DNA from: an uncultured Gammaproteobacteria bacterium
Lineage (GTDB): Bacteria > Patescibacteriota > Patescibacteriia > SG8-24 > DYFX01
Length of the DNA: 64,000 nucleotides
NCBI GenBank assembly: GCA_964532415.1
Contig: CAZHHN010000002.1
Span: 7,852 to 71,851 of the forward strand
Direction: 5' to 3'
The number at the start of each line of letters is the position of its first letter. Position 1 is the stretch's first letter. Below, one piece after another: positions 1 through 8,809 of the stretch. Made by a program: the position numbers and the translations under genes. The notes under the pieces were generated by a model, which was not told where the DNA came from, did not search any database, and worked only from the letters and a program-made list of their open reading frames with translations.

Positions 1-2838
1 GACGAGATACGGATCCATGAAGGCGGTGCCGTTCCCGTTCATGAAATTCTTCCAGACCCATTTCCTCTGGGCGGACAGGCCATCGCTCTTCATGGCGGCC
101 CAGCCGTAGGCATGGTCGGTATCGGTCACGATGACTTTGGCGCCGGTGCCGGCCGGAAGCTGCGCGCCGGTCGAGATCCAGTCGGCCGGACCGTTGTAGA
201 GCGGCGCGTCGCCGGAACCGCCGTTCAGATACTGATAGGTCATGCCGACCGGATGCGGGACGCTCCTCGAGGCCTCATCCTGTTTCATCTCGTTGATGAC
301 GTTGTACTGCCAGGCGGTCGAATAGGCGTCGCCGGCTTCATTGGCGACTTCGTAGATGACGTTATCCAGATCGCCGAGCGTATCTGAGACCTTGCGAATG
401 TAGGCCCGTTCGACGGCCCAAGCCGCGGGCGTGATCCGCGAGGCATCCTGCGAACAGGTGCCGGCGCAGTCGATGGCGTTCACGTTATTGGAGAGACCGA
501 ACGGATTGCCGTCGGCCGGACTGTCGCCGAATTCCGGATTGTAGCCGTCGAAAAGCTGCACGGCGACATACACGCCGTTCTTTCCGGCCTTGATCGCGCG
601 GTCCCGCAGCCGGTCGAAATAGACCTGATCGAACCTGTTAAGATCGAACTTCGGCCTGCCGTCGTTCGCCGTGCCGGGCCCGGTCCGCCCCCACGGCAGC
701 GATCCGTCCACGATCTGAATGTTGGGATCGGCGTTGCCGACGTTGGTCATGCCGGCCGTCCAGAGACGCATGAAGTTGAAGCCGTGCGCGGCCATGAACG
801 CCATGTACCCGTCGTAATCGAACGGCGGCGGCGAGGCGATCGTCCCGCGATCGAGCAGGTTCGACCACGTATGCGAACCGTTCAGATAGACGGCCTTGCC
901 CGTCCCGTCAGTGAAGTAGCGCGGATTGGAGACCAGCACGCGCAGCGGCCCCGGCGTGGCGAGCTGCGGCGCCTGAAAGGTTACGGCGATGATGGACGTG
1001 CCGGTCGCGCTGACGTTGCCGGCCGCATCGAAGGCGGAAACGGCGTAGGTATACGAAGTCGCCGGGGTCAGGCCGTCGTCCTGATACGCCGTCGTTCCCG
1101 ACGTGGCGACCTGCGCGCCATTCCGGAAAATCCTGTATCCGGCAACGCCCACGTTGTCGGTTGAAGCGTTCCAGGACAGATCGACGTGCACCGAAGAAAC
1201 CGGCGCAGCCGCGAGCCCCGAAGGTACGGAGGGAGGCGCCGTATCGACCGTCGTCGGCGTCGTGAAGACGGCATCGGAACCGAGGCGCTCGTTGCCCAAC
1301 GCGTCCGCGCTGCGGACGCGATAATGGTAGGTGGTGCCAGCGGCGAGATTCGAAAGGCCGACGGTGTGCGACGTCACCAAAGAGGCGTCGAGCGGGGTGA
1401 GGGTGCCGTAGGCCGCCGTCGTCCCATATTCCACCTGCGACGTGGCCGGCTCGTTCGTCGTCCAGCTGACGCTGCGCGAGTCGGTTGCCGTTCCGGCCGT
1501 CGAAACGTTCGAGATGACCGGCGCGGTCGTATCCAACGTGATGGTATCGCTGACCGATGCCGACCAGTTTCCGGCGGCGTCCTTGAACTGCGCGAAGACG
1601 GTCTTCAGGCCGTCGCCGGCGGAAAGGACCCAGGTTTTGGACGTCGCATACGTTTCGGGTGCGCTGAAATTCGCGCCGTCGTTTGAGAAGCGCATCTGCG
1701 CCACGGAGCCGCCAGGATCGGTCGCGTTCAGGGTCAGGGCCGCAGAGGTCGAAGCCGCGGCTGCAGCTCCCCCATTCACGACAACCGAACCCGTCGGGGC
1801 TTGCGTATCGACCGTCACGCCGACCGTCGCGCTCGAGGTCGCGTTCCCGGCCGCATCGCGCGCCCTTGCCGACAGGGTATGCGCTCCGTTCGCGACGCCG
1901 GCGGTGTTCCACGAGACCGCGTACGGGCTGGTCGTGTCTTCGGCTCCCAAATTCGCTCCATCAAGCAGGAACTGCACGCCGGCCACGGCCACGTTGTCCG
2001 AGGCGCTGGCGGTCACGGACACGGTCGTGTTCGGCAGCAATTGTCCGGCCGTCGGCGCGGTCAGCGCGACGACCGGGGCGGTCGTATCGACCACCGGGTT
2101 GCCGACCGGCGCGTTCATGTCGGACTGGATTTCCGCCTGGCTGAGGGCGCGGTTATAGACGCGCACTTCGTCGATCACGCCCTGGAAATAATAGCCGCTG
2201 CCGCCGGTACGCCGTCCGATCGCCGCGCTCACGGACGCGTTCGGGTTCGAAGCCGGCACCGTGCCGGTCAGGATTCCGTCGTCCAAAACGCCGTTCACAT
2301 AGATGTCGAGCGTCCGCGCCGTGGCGTTGTAGACGCCGGCCACGTGATACCACGTGTTGAGCTGACGGATGATGTTGCTGTTCCGCTGGACGGAGGCGCC
2401 GAGGTCGACGGCGAAGCGATGCGCCCCCGTGTCCGGGCTGGTCTTGAGCTGCCAGCCCTTGGAGTCGTTCGACTTGGCGATGATCTGGCCGTCGTCGGCC
2501 GGATCGCCGGTGGCATAGACCCAGGCGCTCCAGGTGGAGCTGCTGGTCAGCTGCAAAGCGGACGGATTGCCGAGATCGACATAATTCCCGTTGCCGTTGA
2601 ATGACAGCCCCTTGCCGTATTTGCCCGTCGTCCACGTCGCGCCGTGAAGCGTGCCGTTCAGGCCATTGCCGGAACTGTCCGCCGCGACGCTGCCGCTTCC
2701 GGCATCCAGCGCATAGGCCGCGATCTGGCCGGACGCCGCCGAACCCGGACGCGAACCGAGCGACCCGAACACAAGCGCGAGCATCAGCAGACTGCCGAAC
2801 CGGACCCATCTCGGCACTTGGCGCGGGTTTTTTCGCAT
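1..2838 (-). CDS. Large secreted multidomain protein: signal peptide, LamG-like jellyroll, Ig-like and Fn3 domains, then a DUF6298/GH-A-like TIM-barrel domain (3' end runs off the window)
   Basis: Absent from the ORF track (no stop in window). Manual translation from ATG 2838: MRKNPRQVPRWVRFGSLLMLALVFG..., LamG motifs (GATWTTGKYGKGLSFNG, WYHVAGVYN, FQGVIDEVRVYNRAL), Ig-like (ASDNVAVAGVQF, ARDAAGN), Fn3 (LSWNASTDNVGVAGY), then NPRYFTDGTGKAVYLNGSHTW and NVIYEVANE. Confidence 0.85.
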   Translation of the reverse strand, partial: MRKNPRQVPRWVRFGSLLMLALVFGSLGSRPGSAASGQIAAYALDAGSGSVAADSSGNGLNGTLHGATWTTGKYGKGLSFNGNGNYVDLGNPSALQLTSSSTWSAWVYATGDPADDGQIIAKSNDSKGWQLKTSPDTGAHRFAVDLGASVQRNSNIIRQLNTWYHVAGVYNATARTLDIYVNGVLDDGILTGTVPASNPNASVSAAIGRRTGGSGYYFQGVIDEVRVYNRALSQAEIQSDMNAPVGNPVVDTTAPVVALTAPTAGQLLPNTTVSVTASASDNVAVAGVQFLLDGANLGAEDTTSPYAVSWNTAGVANGAHTLSARARDAAGNATSSATVGVTVDTQAPTGSVVVNGGAAAAASTSAALTLNATDPGGSVAQMRFSNDGANFSAPETYATSKTWVLSAGDGLKTVFAQFKDAAGNWSASVSDTITLDTTAPVISNVSTAGTATDSRSVSWTTNEPATSQVEYGTTAAYGTLTPLDASLVTSHTVGLSNLAAGTTYHYRVRSADALGNERLGSDAVFTTPTTVDTAPPSVPSGLAAAPVSSVHVDLSWNASTDNVGVAGYRIFRNGAQVATSGTTAYQDDGLTPATSYTYAVSAFDAAGNVSATGTSIIAVTFQAPQLATPGPLRVLVSNPRYFTDGTGKAVYLNGSHTWSNLLDRGTIASPPPFDYDGYMAFMAAHGFNFMRLWTAGMTNVGNADPNIQIVDGSLPWGRTGPGTANDGRPKFDLNRFDQVYFDRLRDRAIKAGKNGVYVAVQLFDGYNPEFGDSPADGNPFGLSNNVNAIDCAGTCSQDASRITPAAWAVERAYIRKVSDTLGDLDNVIYEVANEAGDAYSTAWQYNVINEMKQDEASRSVPHPVGMTYQYLNGGSGDAPLYNGPADWISTGAQLPAGTGAKVIVTDTDHAYGWAAMKSDGLSAQRKWVWKNFMNGNGTAFMDPYLV

Positions 2839-2934
2839 ACGGCGAAACAATAAGGGCTAATGGTAAGTCGGCGCCATTGTAGTACCTTTGGGCATCCTTG
2901 AACAGGTCGCCGCACCGACCGATCGCCCCGGCGA

Positions 2935-2963
2935 TTGACAAGCCCGACGGGGGGTGTTATTGT
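2935..2963 (+). promoter_or_regulatory. sigma70-type promoter of the NUDIX gene
   Basis: TTGACA-17 nt-TATTGT with upstream TG; GGGGAG SD before ATG 3016. Confidence 0.7.
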
Positions 2964-3015
2964 GCCCGATCCGCTCATTGACCGCATCAATATCTACAAC
3001 CACGGGGAGTGAAGC

Positions 3016-3876
3016 ATGATGGATTTGAGAGAGTTTTTCCCGAGGCTTTCGACCGCAGAGCTCGATGCTGCCACAACCAGGACTGCCGCGCTGACCGAAG
3101 CAGTCCGCCGCGAAGGTACAGCACAGATCATGAGAGACCGGGCGGCCGGAAAAGTACTGAAGGATAATCCGGTAGCGACCGTCACGGGCTTCGGGATACT
3201 CAACCGCCCCTCGGCACAAGTGGATTCAGGATGCGTCACGACGGACCAGATCGTCACCGCCGGCGGCCAGATCGTGCCCATCCGACGCGGGAAAATCACC
3301 TACTTCGCCTCGCGGGTCACATGGCCGGCCTATCCGCAGGTACGTGCATGCCTGGAATCCCTGGGTGGCCCGCCGGATTCCGCCGGGATCGATCTCGCCC
3401 TGTTCGCGTTCTTTCCCCACCTCGCCGGCGTGATGGGATTCCTCCATCATGACGGGAAGCTGATCATGAACGTGCGTGCCCAGGCCCTGGCCGGTACGCA
3501 TTCGGGCATGGCCAGCTTTCCCGCCGGGCTCGTCACTCCGAACGAAACGCTGGCGACCGCGCTCATACGCGAGGTAGACGAGGAAGTACCGGGCGTTTCG
3601 GTCGCATGGACGGACTGGTCGCTCACCCTCAATCCGGACGCGCCGAACGTCACGTTCGGCCGACGCGGAGAGGCCCTCGCGCCGCCGGAGCTGACCGGCT
3701 CGTGGGAAGCCGAGGGCAAGCAGCACGTCTGGGTGCCAGCCGCGGCCATTCAAGAGGCGGTTGCCGGCGACAGCGGCGCGCTGACGGACGCCTTCCGATT
3801 GTCCGGCGTCCAGGTCGGCGAAGACCTCGCCATCGCCCCCGACGCCGCCAAACTGTTCTCGCTTCTGTTCCGCTGA
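3016..3876 (+). CDS. NUDIX hydrolase-domain protein
   Basis: Nudix box GLVTPNETLATALIREVDEEVPG; has promoter, SD and terminator. Confidence 0.75.
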   Translation: MMDLREFFPRLSTAELDAATTRTAALTEAVRREGTAQIMRDRAAGKVLKDNPVATVTGFGILNRPSAQVDSGCVTTDQIVTAGGQIVPIRRGKITYFASRVTWPAYPQVRACLESLGGPPDSAGIDLALFAFFPHLAGVMGFLHHDGKLIMNVRAQALAGTHSGMASFPAGLVTPNETLATALIREVDEEVPGVSVAWTDWSLTLNPDAPNVTFGRRGEALAPPELTGSWEAEGKQHVWVPAAAIQEAVAGDSGALTDAFRLSGVQVGEDLAIAPDAAKLFSLLFR

Positions 3877-3908
3877 GACCGCGCTCCACGCCGGTCTCCT
3901 TTCTTTTT
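3875..3908 (+). terminator. Intrinsic terminator
   Basis: GAGACCG...CGGTCTC stem followed by a T-rich tract. Confidence 0.6.
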
Positions 3909-3985
3909 CTGGGCCTGCGGCCCGCATTCCGTCCGGACGAACATTCCGGTAGAATGTAGAGGATGAAAAACGGACGCCGATATCC

Positions 3986-4459
3986 ATGCTGTCCATGCCT
4001 TTGAGGGCATTCAAGGCCAAGCTCCGCGCCGGAGAAGGAGGTGGCTTTTTCGTCATGATCCCCTACGATATCGAAAAGGCCTACGGGAAGAAAAACATGG
4101 TTCCGGTCAAAGCGACTTTTGACGGCGAGCCCTATGTGGGCAGCATCGCCAATATGGGAAGCGGTCCCTTTCTGGTCGTGCGCAAAGCCATTCGGGAAAA
4201 GATCGCGAAGGAGCCGGGAGATACGGTCAACGTGACGGTCAGGTTGGACACCGCGCCGCGCACCGTTGCATTACCTTCGGATATCGCGTCGTTCCTGCGC
4301 ACGCATAAAAAAGAAAAACCTGTCTTCGATTCCCTCTCCTTCACTCACCGGAAAGAGTACGTGGAGTGGATTACGGGAGCGAAAAAACCCGAAACGAAAC
4401 AGCGGCGACTGATGAAGATGCTGGAAATGCTGAAAGAGAGAAGGAGAACCCGCCGATGA
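3986..4459 (+). CDS. DUF1905 + YdeI/OmpD-associated domain protein (start may be 3995)
   Basis: VPVKATFDG..Y.GSIANMG; FDSLSFTHRKEYVEWITGAKKPET. Confidence 0.85.
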   Translation: MLSMPLRAFKAKLRAGEGGGFFVMIPYDIEKAYGKKNMVPVKATFDGEPYVGSIANMGSGPFLVVRKAIREKIAKEPGDTVNVTVRLDTAPRTVALPSDIASFLRTHKKEKPVFDSLSFTHRKEYVEWITGAKKPETKQRRLMKMLEMLKERRRTRR

Positions 4460-5532
4460 AATCACCGTGGCGCCTGATGTCTAAACCCTTCATGCTGACT
4501 TTGGCCCTGACCGTGCTGTGCGCTCCCAGCCTTGTTCAGGCACAGTCGTACGGGAATTGGCACCCTCGGCCGGCCCCAACGGGACCGCCGGAGATTGTTT
4601 TCCCGGTGGACGGTCCGGCCACCTATGCCGATGACTTCGGCGCTCCCCGTTCGGGCGGACGCATGCATGAGGGCATCGACATCCTGTCGCCGAAGATGAC
4701 CCGCATTCTGGCGGCCAAGGGAGGCGAAGTGGTGTTCGCGCCCATGACGGAGCCAAGCTACGGCTACATGCTGTCGATCGCCGGCGACGACGGATACACC
4801 TATAATTACATCCACATCAACAACGACACGCCCGGCACCGACGACGGAGCCGGCGGTCCCCAGAATGCCTACGCTCCCGGCATCCGTGACGGCGCGCGCG
4901 TCACCCAGGGACAGCTCATTGCCTGGGTCGGCGATTCCGGCGATGCCGAATCGACCGCCTCGCATCTGCACTTCGAGATCCGGCTGCCGGACGACACGCC
5001 CATCGACGCCTATCCGTATCTCAAAGCGTCGCAGGGGGTATATACCTTCGACCCGTCCGCGGCACTCTCCGCCAGCCCAACCATCGCCCAGGATAAGAAC
5101 GTCATCGCCGACCCCGCTTCGGGCTGCCCAGCCGGCAGGCTCGTCAAGCTCGCCAACGACGGCGACAAGAGCACGCATTTCGACGAAGCCGTCTATTACT
5201 GCGGGGGCGACGGCAAACGGTATGTATTTCCCAACAGCAGGGTCTACGCGAGCTGGTATACGGATTTCTCCGGCGTCCAGGTCATCGACGCGCAGGCCCT
5301 GGCCGCACTCAGGATCGGCGGCAACGTCACCTATCGTCCCGGCGCGAAGCTCGTGAAAATCACGACCGATCCGAAAGTCTATGCCGTCGACCTGCACGGG
5401 ACGCTGCGCTGGGTCTCGACTTCGGCCCTGGCCGCCAAGCTCTATGGCGCGAACTGGGCGAAAAACGTCGATGACCTTCCCGACGCCTTCTTCGCCGATT
5501 ACCGGATCGGCCCGCCGATCACTGCCGCCTGA
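4456..5532 (+). CDS. Secreted M23-family peptidase with C-terminal CPR-type module
   Basis: ATGA overlap with the upstream stop; signal peptide; HEGID and HLHFE zinc motifs; C-terminal AVYY...GKRYVFPN...LVKITTDPKVYAV...LYGANW. Confidence 0.85.
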   Translation: MKSPWRLMSKPFMLTLALTVLCAPSLVQAQSYGNWHPRPAPTGPPEIVFPVDGPATYADDFGAPRSGGRMHEGIDILSPKMTRILAAKGGEVVFAPMTEPSYGYMLSIAGDDGYTYNYIHINNDTPGTDDGAGGPQNAYAPGIRDGARVTQGQLIAWVGDSGDAESTASHLHFEIRLPDDTPIDAYPYLKASQGVYTFDPSAALSASPTIAQDKNVIADPASGCPAGRLVKLANDGDKSTHFDEAVYYCGGDGKRYVFPNSRVYASWYTDFSGVQVIDAQALAALRIGGNVTYRPGAKLVKITTDPKVYAVDLHGTLRWVSTSALAAKLYGANWAKNVDDLPDAFFADYRIGPPITAA

Positions 5533-5549
5533 GACCGAGCCGCGCTGCT

Positions 5550-6461
5550 TTACTTTCTCAAATACCGCCGCATCGAGAGGGCCGTCGCCGCAAGCGACAG
5601 GAAAGTGACGGCCGCGAATTGATAGCTGAAAATCTGGAGCCCGTGGTCGCGGAAATAACCGGCCACGCCGATATCGGCGCCGAAAAACGCGCGGGCGGCC
5701 GGATCGACCAAACCGAGCGTCGGCAGTACGATCGCCGCCACGACGCCGACCGCCAGCAGATTGAACAGGAACGTCTCGATCAGGAACGGCATGCGCACGA
5801 AATTGCTCGAGGCGCCGACCAGCCGCATGATGGCGATCTCCTCGCGATGGATGTAGATGGCCACGCGGATGGTGTTGAAGACGATCAGGAGCGCGATGAC
5901 GGCGAAGACGAGGCTGAGGGAGAGCGCCGCCCGCTGCACCCGGGCGGTGACGGAGGTCAGCCGGTCGATCAGCAGGCGGTGGTCTTCGACGGTTTTGTCC
6001 GCCACCAGCCCTTTGACGGCCGGGCTGTCGAGCACTTCCAGGATCGGCCCGTAGCCCGACGCGTCTTTCGCCTTGATGACCAGGACGGCGCCGAGCGGAT
6101 TCTCCCCGACTTCCTGCAGCGCCGCCAGAATCTGCGGCTCATCGGCGTGCGTCTTCCGGAAACGGTCGAGCGCCTGGCTGCGCGAGACGAATTCGACGTC
6201 GCGGACTTCCGGCAGCGAAGTCAGGTTGCCGCGCACGCCGAGGATGCGCTCGTCGGAGACGTCCGGGCCGAAATAGACCGAGACGTCGACGCGGTCTTCG
6301 ACCGTCCGGATGGCCGCGTCGGTGAAAAAATTGACGATGACGAGCAGGTTCAGGGAAAAATACGTGAGCGAAAGGATCGAGACCGTCATGAGCGACAGGC
6401 CGAGATTCCTCCAAAAATCGGTGAAGGCGAATTTGATGACGCGGCCGGCGGGAACGAACAT
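5550..6461 (-). CDS. ftsX: Cell division permease FtsX
   Basis: FNTIRVAIY.HREEIAIMRLVGAS motif, 4 TM segments, downstream of ftsE; start trimmed to MFVPAG. Confidence 0.93.
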   Translation of the reverse strand: MFVPAGRVIKFAFTDFWRNLGLSLMTVSILSLTYFSLNLLVIVNFFTDAAIRTVEDRVDVSVYFGPDVSDERILGVRGNLTSLPEVRDVEFVSRSQALDRFRKTHADEPQILAALQEVGENPLGAVLVIKAKDASGYGPILEVLDSPAVKGLVADKTVEDHRLLIDRLTSVTARVQRAALSLSLVFAVIALLIVFNTIRVAIYIHREEIAIMRLVGASSNFVRMPFLIETFLFNLLAVGVVAAIVLPTLGLVDPAARAFFGADIGVAGYFRDHGLQIFSYQFAAVTFLSLAATALSMRRYLRK

Positions 6462-6465
6462 GGCT

Positions 6466-7146
6466 TCAGATGAGATATTTGCCTTCCTCATGATCGGCGA
6501 CGATCTCGCCGGCATGGATCGTCAGCACGCGCCGGCGGAGCGCGTTCACGATCTCGCGGTTGTGCGTGACCATCACGATGGTCGTGCCGAATTCGTTGAT
6601 CTTCCGGAAGATGTCGACGATCTCGCGGGTATGGATTGAATCGAGGTTGCCGGTCGGCTCGTCGGCCACGATGATCTTGGGCCGATGCACCAGCGAGCGC
6701 GCGATCACCACGCGCTGCTGTTCGCCGCCCGAGAGCTGCCATGGATAGCGCCCTTCCTTGCCGGAGAGATTGACGATGCGCAGCACGTGCGGAATGATCT
6801 CGCGGATGCGCCCGCCCGGCACCCCGGCGACTTCGAGCGCGAACGCCACGTTTTCGTAGACCGTCTTGCGGGGCAGCAGCTTGAAATCCTGGAAGACCAC
6901 GCCGATCTGGCGGCGTAGGCCCGGCACGTCCCGGTCGCGGATGCGGCCAATCTCCCAGCCGCCGATCTGGAGCGATCCGCCCGTCGGCCGCTCCTCGGCG
7001 ATCAGCAGCTTGACCAGCGTCGATTTGCCGGTGCCGCTCTGGCCGACGATCGACACGAACTCCCCCGGACGGATGTGCAGGTTGATGTTCTTGACCCCGA
7101 CGATGCCGGGGCTATACATCTTGCTGATGTTTCTGAGACGGATCAT
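6466..7146 (-). CDS. ftsE: Cell division ATP-binding protein FtsE
   Basis: GQSGTGKST, LRRQIGVVFQDFKLL, LSGGEQQR, ADEPTGNLD. Confidence 0.95.
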   Translation of the reverse strand: MIRLRNISKMYSPGIVGVKNINLHIRPGEFVSIVGQSGTGKSTLVKLLIAEERPTGGSLQIGGWEIGRIRDRDVPGLRRQIGVVFQDFKLLPRKTVYENVAFALEVAGVPGGRIREIIPHVLRIVNLSGKEGRYPWQLSGGEQQRVVIARSLVHRPKIIVADEPTGNLDSIHTREIVDIFRKINEFGTTIVMVTHNREIVNALRRRVLTIHAGEIVADHEEGKYLI

Positions 7147-7195
7147 GCCACCGCAGTATACCAGAAAATCCGGCCCGCGTGATCATCGCGAATGC

Positions 7196-7225
7196 AAAAA
7201 GACCCGACGGATGTCGGGTCTTTTT
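7196..7225. terminator. Bidirectional terminator after the tRNA pair
   Basis: AAAAA-GACCCGAC-GGAT-GTCGGGTC-TTTTT. Confidence 0.85.
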
Positions 7226-7300
7226 GGAGCCACCTCGGGGAATCGAACCCCGGACCTTTGCTTTACGAAAGCACTGCTCTACCGGCTGAGCTAAGGTGGC
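7225..7300 (-). tRNA. tRNA-Thr(CGT)
   Basis: GCCACCTTAGCTCAGCCGGTAGAGCA...TTCGTAA...GGTTCGATTCC...GGTGGCTCCA; 76 nt with encoded CCA. Confidence 0.95.
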
Positions 7301-7301
7301 G

Positions 7302-7375
7302 TGGAGCGGGTAACGGGAATCGAACCCGTCTCTCAACCTTGGGAAGGTCGCATACTACCGATGTACGATACCCGC
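7302..7375 (-). tRNA. tRNA-Gly(CCC)
   Basis: GCGGGTATCGTACATCGGTAGTATGCGACC-TTCCCAA-GGTTG...GGTTCGATTCCCGTTACCCGCTCCA; 74 nt. Confidence 0.95.
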
Positions 7376-7431
7376 GCGATCGGGCGCGCGTCAATGGTAG
7401 CCGATCGGCCGGATTTTTCCAAGAGCGGCGG

Positions 7432-8403
7432 CTATCGCACGAACACGATGATCGAGGCCGACTTTTTCTGGCTTTCGAGATAATCGTCAAGCTGGATCGG
7501 GCGGACGAGGATCTCCAGCAGGTGGACCTTGGCGACCTGGCCGTTCGCTTCCTGCCGGTCGACGACGCGCAGCACGTGATACCCGAACGCGCTCTTGATC
7601 ACGCCGCTGGTTTCGCCCGGCTTGAGGGCGAAGGCGGCCGTCTCGACTTCCGGAGGAAGCAGCCCGCGGCCGATCAGGCCCCGATCGCCGCCGGACGGCG
7701 CGATGGCGCGGTCTTCGCTGTACGAGGCCGCCACGTCTTTAAAAGATTTTCCCGCCCGGAGTTCCGCCAAAGCCGCTTCGGCCTTCTTCCGGTTCTCGGC
7801 ATTGAGCGCCTCGTCGGATTGGACGGCGCGCTCCAGCTGCTGGCGCACAAGAAAATCGTGGAGAATGCCTGTTTTGAACTGCGACGGACGGAGGTCGTAC
7901 ATGCGCCGAAGGGTATCCGACGCGCGCGCTTCGGCCTTGGCCTTGCCGGTGGGAGCGGCGAGTGCGGACTGGTCAAGGATAGTGGCGTCGTAGGCCCGGT
8001 CGGCGTCTTCACTGGTCACGACGATGCCGTAGCGGGCGGCCAGCGATTCGGCCAGCCGATCCTTGATCAGCTGGTCGAGCACGCGCCGCTTCAGCTCCGC
8101 TTCATCCGGAAAAACCGAACCGCTCACGGCCGTCGCCTGCTGATCGCGATAAAACCGCTCAAGCGCCTGGAGATGATCCTGGAAATCGGCATAGCGGATC
8201 ACCTTGCCGTTCACGATGGCGGCCGGGTACGGCAGCACTTTGGTCACGACCTCGGCCACTCCGCCATGCCACTGATATCGGTACAGGCAGAAGCCGAAAA
8301 CCGTCGTGGCGATCAAAAAAACGGCGGCGGCGATCGCCCACACCCGGCGGGGCGACAACGGCATTTTGAGAACGGCTTCAGGCGCGTTTTCGGGCAGCGG
8401 CAT
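7432..8403 (-). CDS. PrsA/SurA-like peptidyl-prolyl isomerase (foldase)
   Basis: N-terminal TM, SurA_N-like region, parvulin motifs SFKDVAASYSED, GGDRG, SAFGYHVL; start uncertain. Confidence 0.88.
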   Translation of the reverse strand: MPLPENAPEAVLKMPLSPRRVWAIAAAVFLIATTVFGFCLYRYQWHGGVAEVVTKVLPYPAAIVNGKVIRYADFQDHLQALERFYRDQQATAVSGSVFPDEAELKRRVLDQLIKDRLAESLAARYGIVVTSEDADRAYDATILDQSALAAPTGKAKAEARASDTLRRMYDLRPSQFKTGILHDFLVRQQLERAVQSDEALNAENRKKAEAALAELRAGKSFKDVAASYSEDRAIAPSGGDRGLIGRGLLPPEVETAAFALKPGETSGVIKSAFGYHVLRVVDRQEANGQVAKVHLLEILVRPIQLDDYLESQKKSASIIVFVR

Positions 8404-8809
8404 AGGCTTCGTAGGCTTTGGGATCGACGAACAGTGTCCACCATTTCCGGGCATTTGACCAGCCGCCGGCTTCAGCCGCACCCGGCATTCCGGCCGTTCC
8501 ACCGGCTTCGGCCGCACCGGTCGGCTTTTTCAGAACGACGACCTGTTCGCCATCCCTGCGAAGCCCGAGCTTCAGACGCGCCTCGCGTTCGAGATATTCT
8601 CCGTTCTGGAGCGAAGCTTCGATCGAAGACAGTTGGAAGTTCCGCACCTGCAAACGATCGGATTCTTGTTTCAGGGTACGGATCTCGGCGTCAATCTGCC
8701 GCGAGCGCAGGACCTCGCGGGCGAAAGCGATGCCCGAAAGGACACCCGCGCAGAGCAGCCCGGCGACAAGCCAGCCGAAACGACTTTTGGATGGCGACGC
8801 CCGTTTCAT
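8378..8809 (-). CDS. Septum formation initiator (FtsB/DivIC family)
   Basis: TM, coiled coil, YLEREARLKLGLRRDGEQV. Confidence 0.85.
   Translation of the reverse strand: MKRASPSKSRFGWLVAGLLCAGVLSGIAFAREVLRSRQIDAEIRTLKQESDRLQVRNFQLSSIEASLQNGEYLEREARLKLGLRRDGEQVVVLKKPTGAAEAGGTAGMPGAAEAGGWSNARKWWTLFVDPKAYEAYAAARKRA

Noticed and set aside
112-2941. Many short ORFs listed on both strands
   Set aside because: Shadows or alternate frames of the unlisted minus-strand gene 1-2838.
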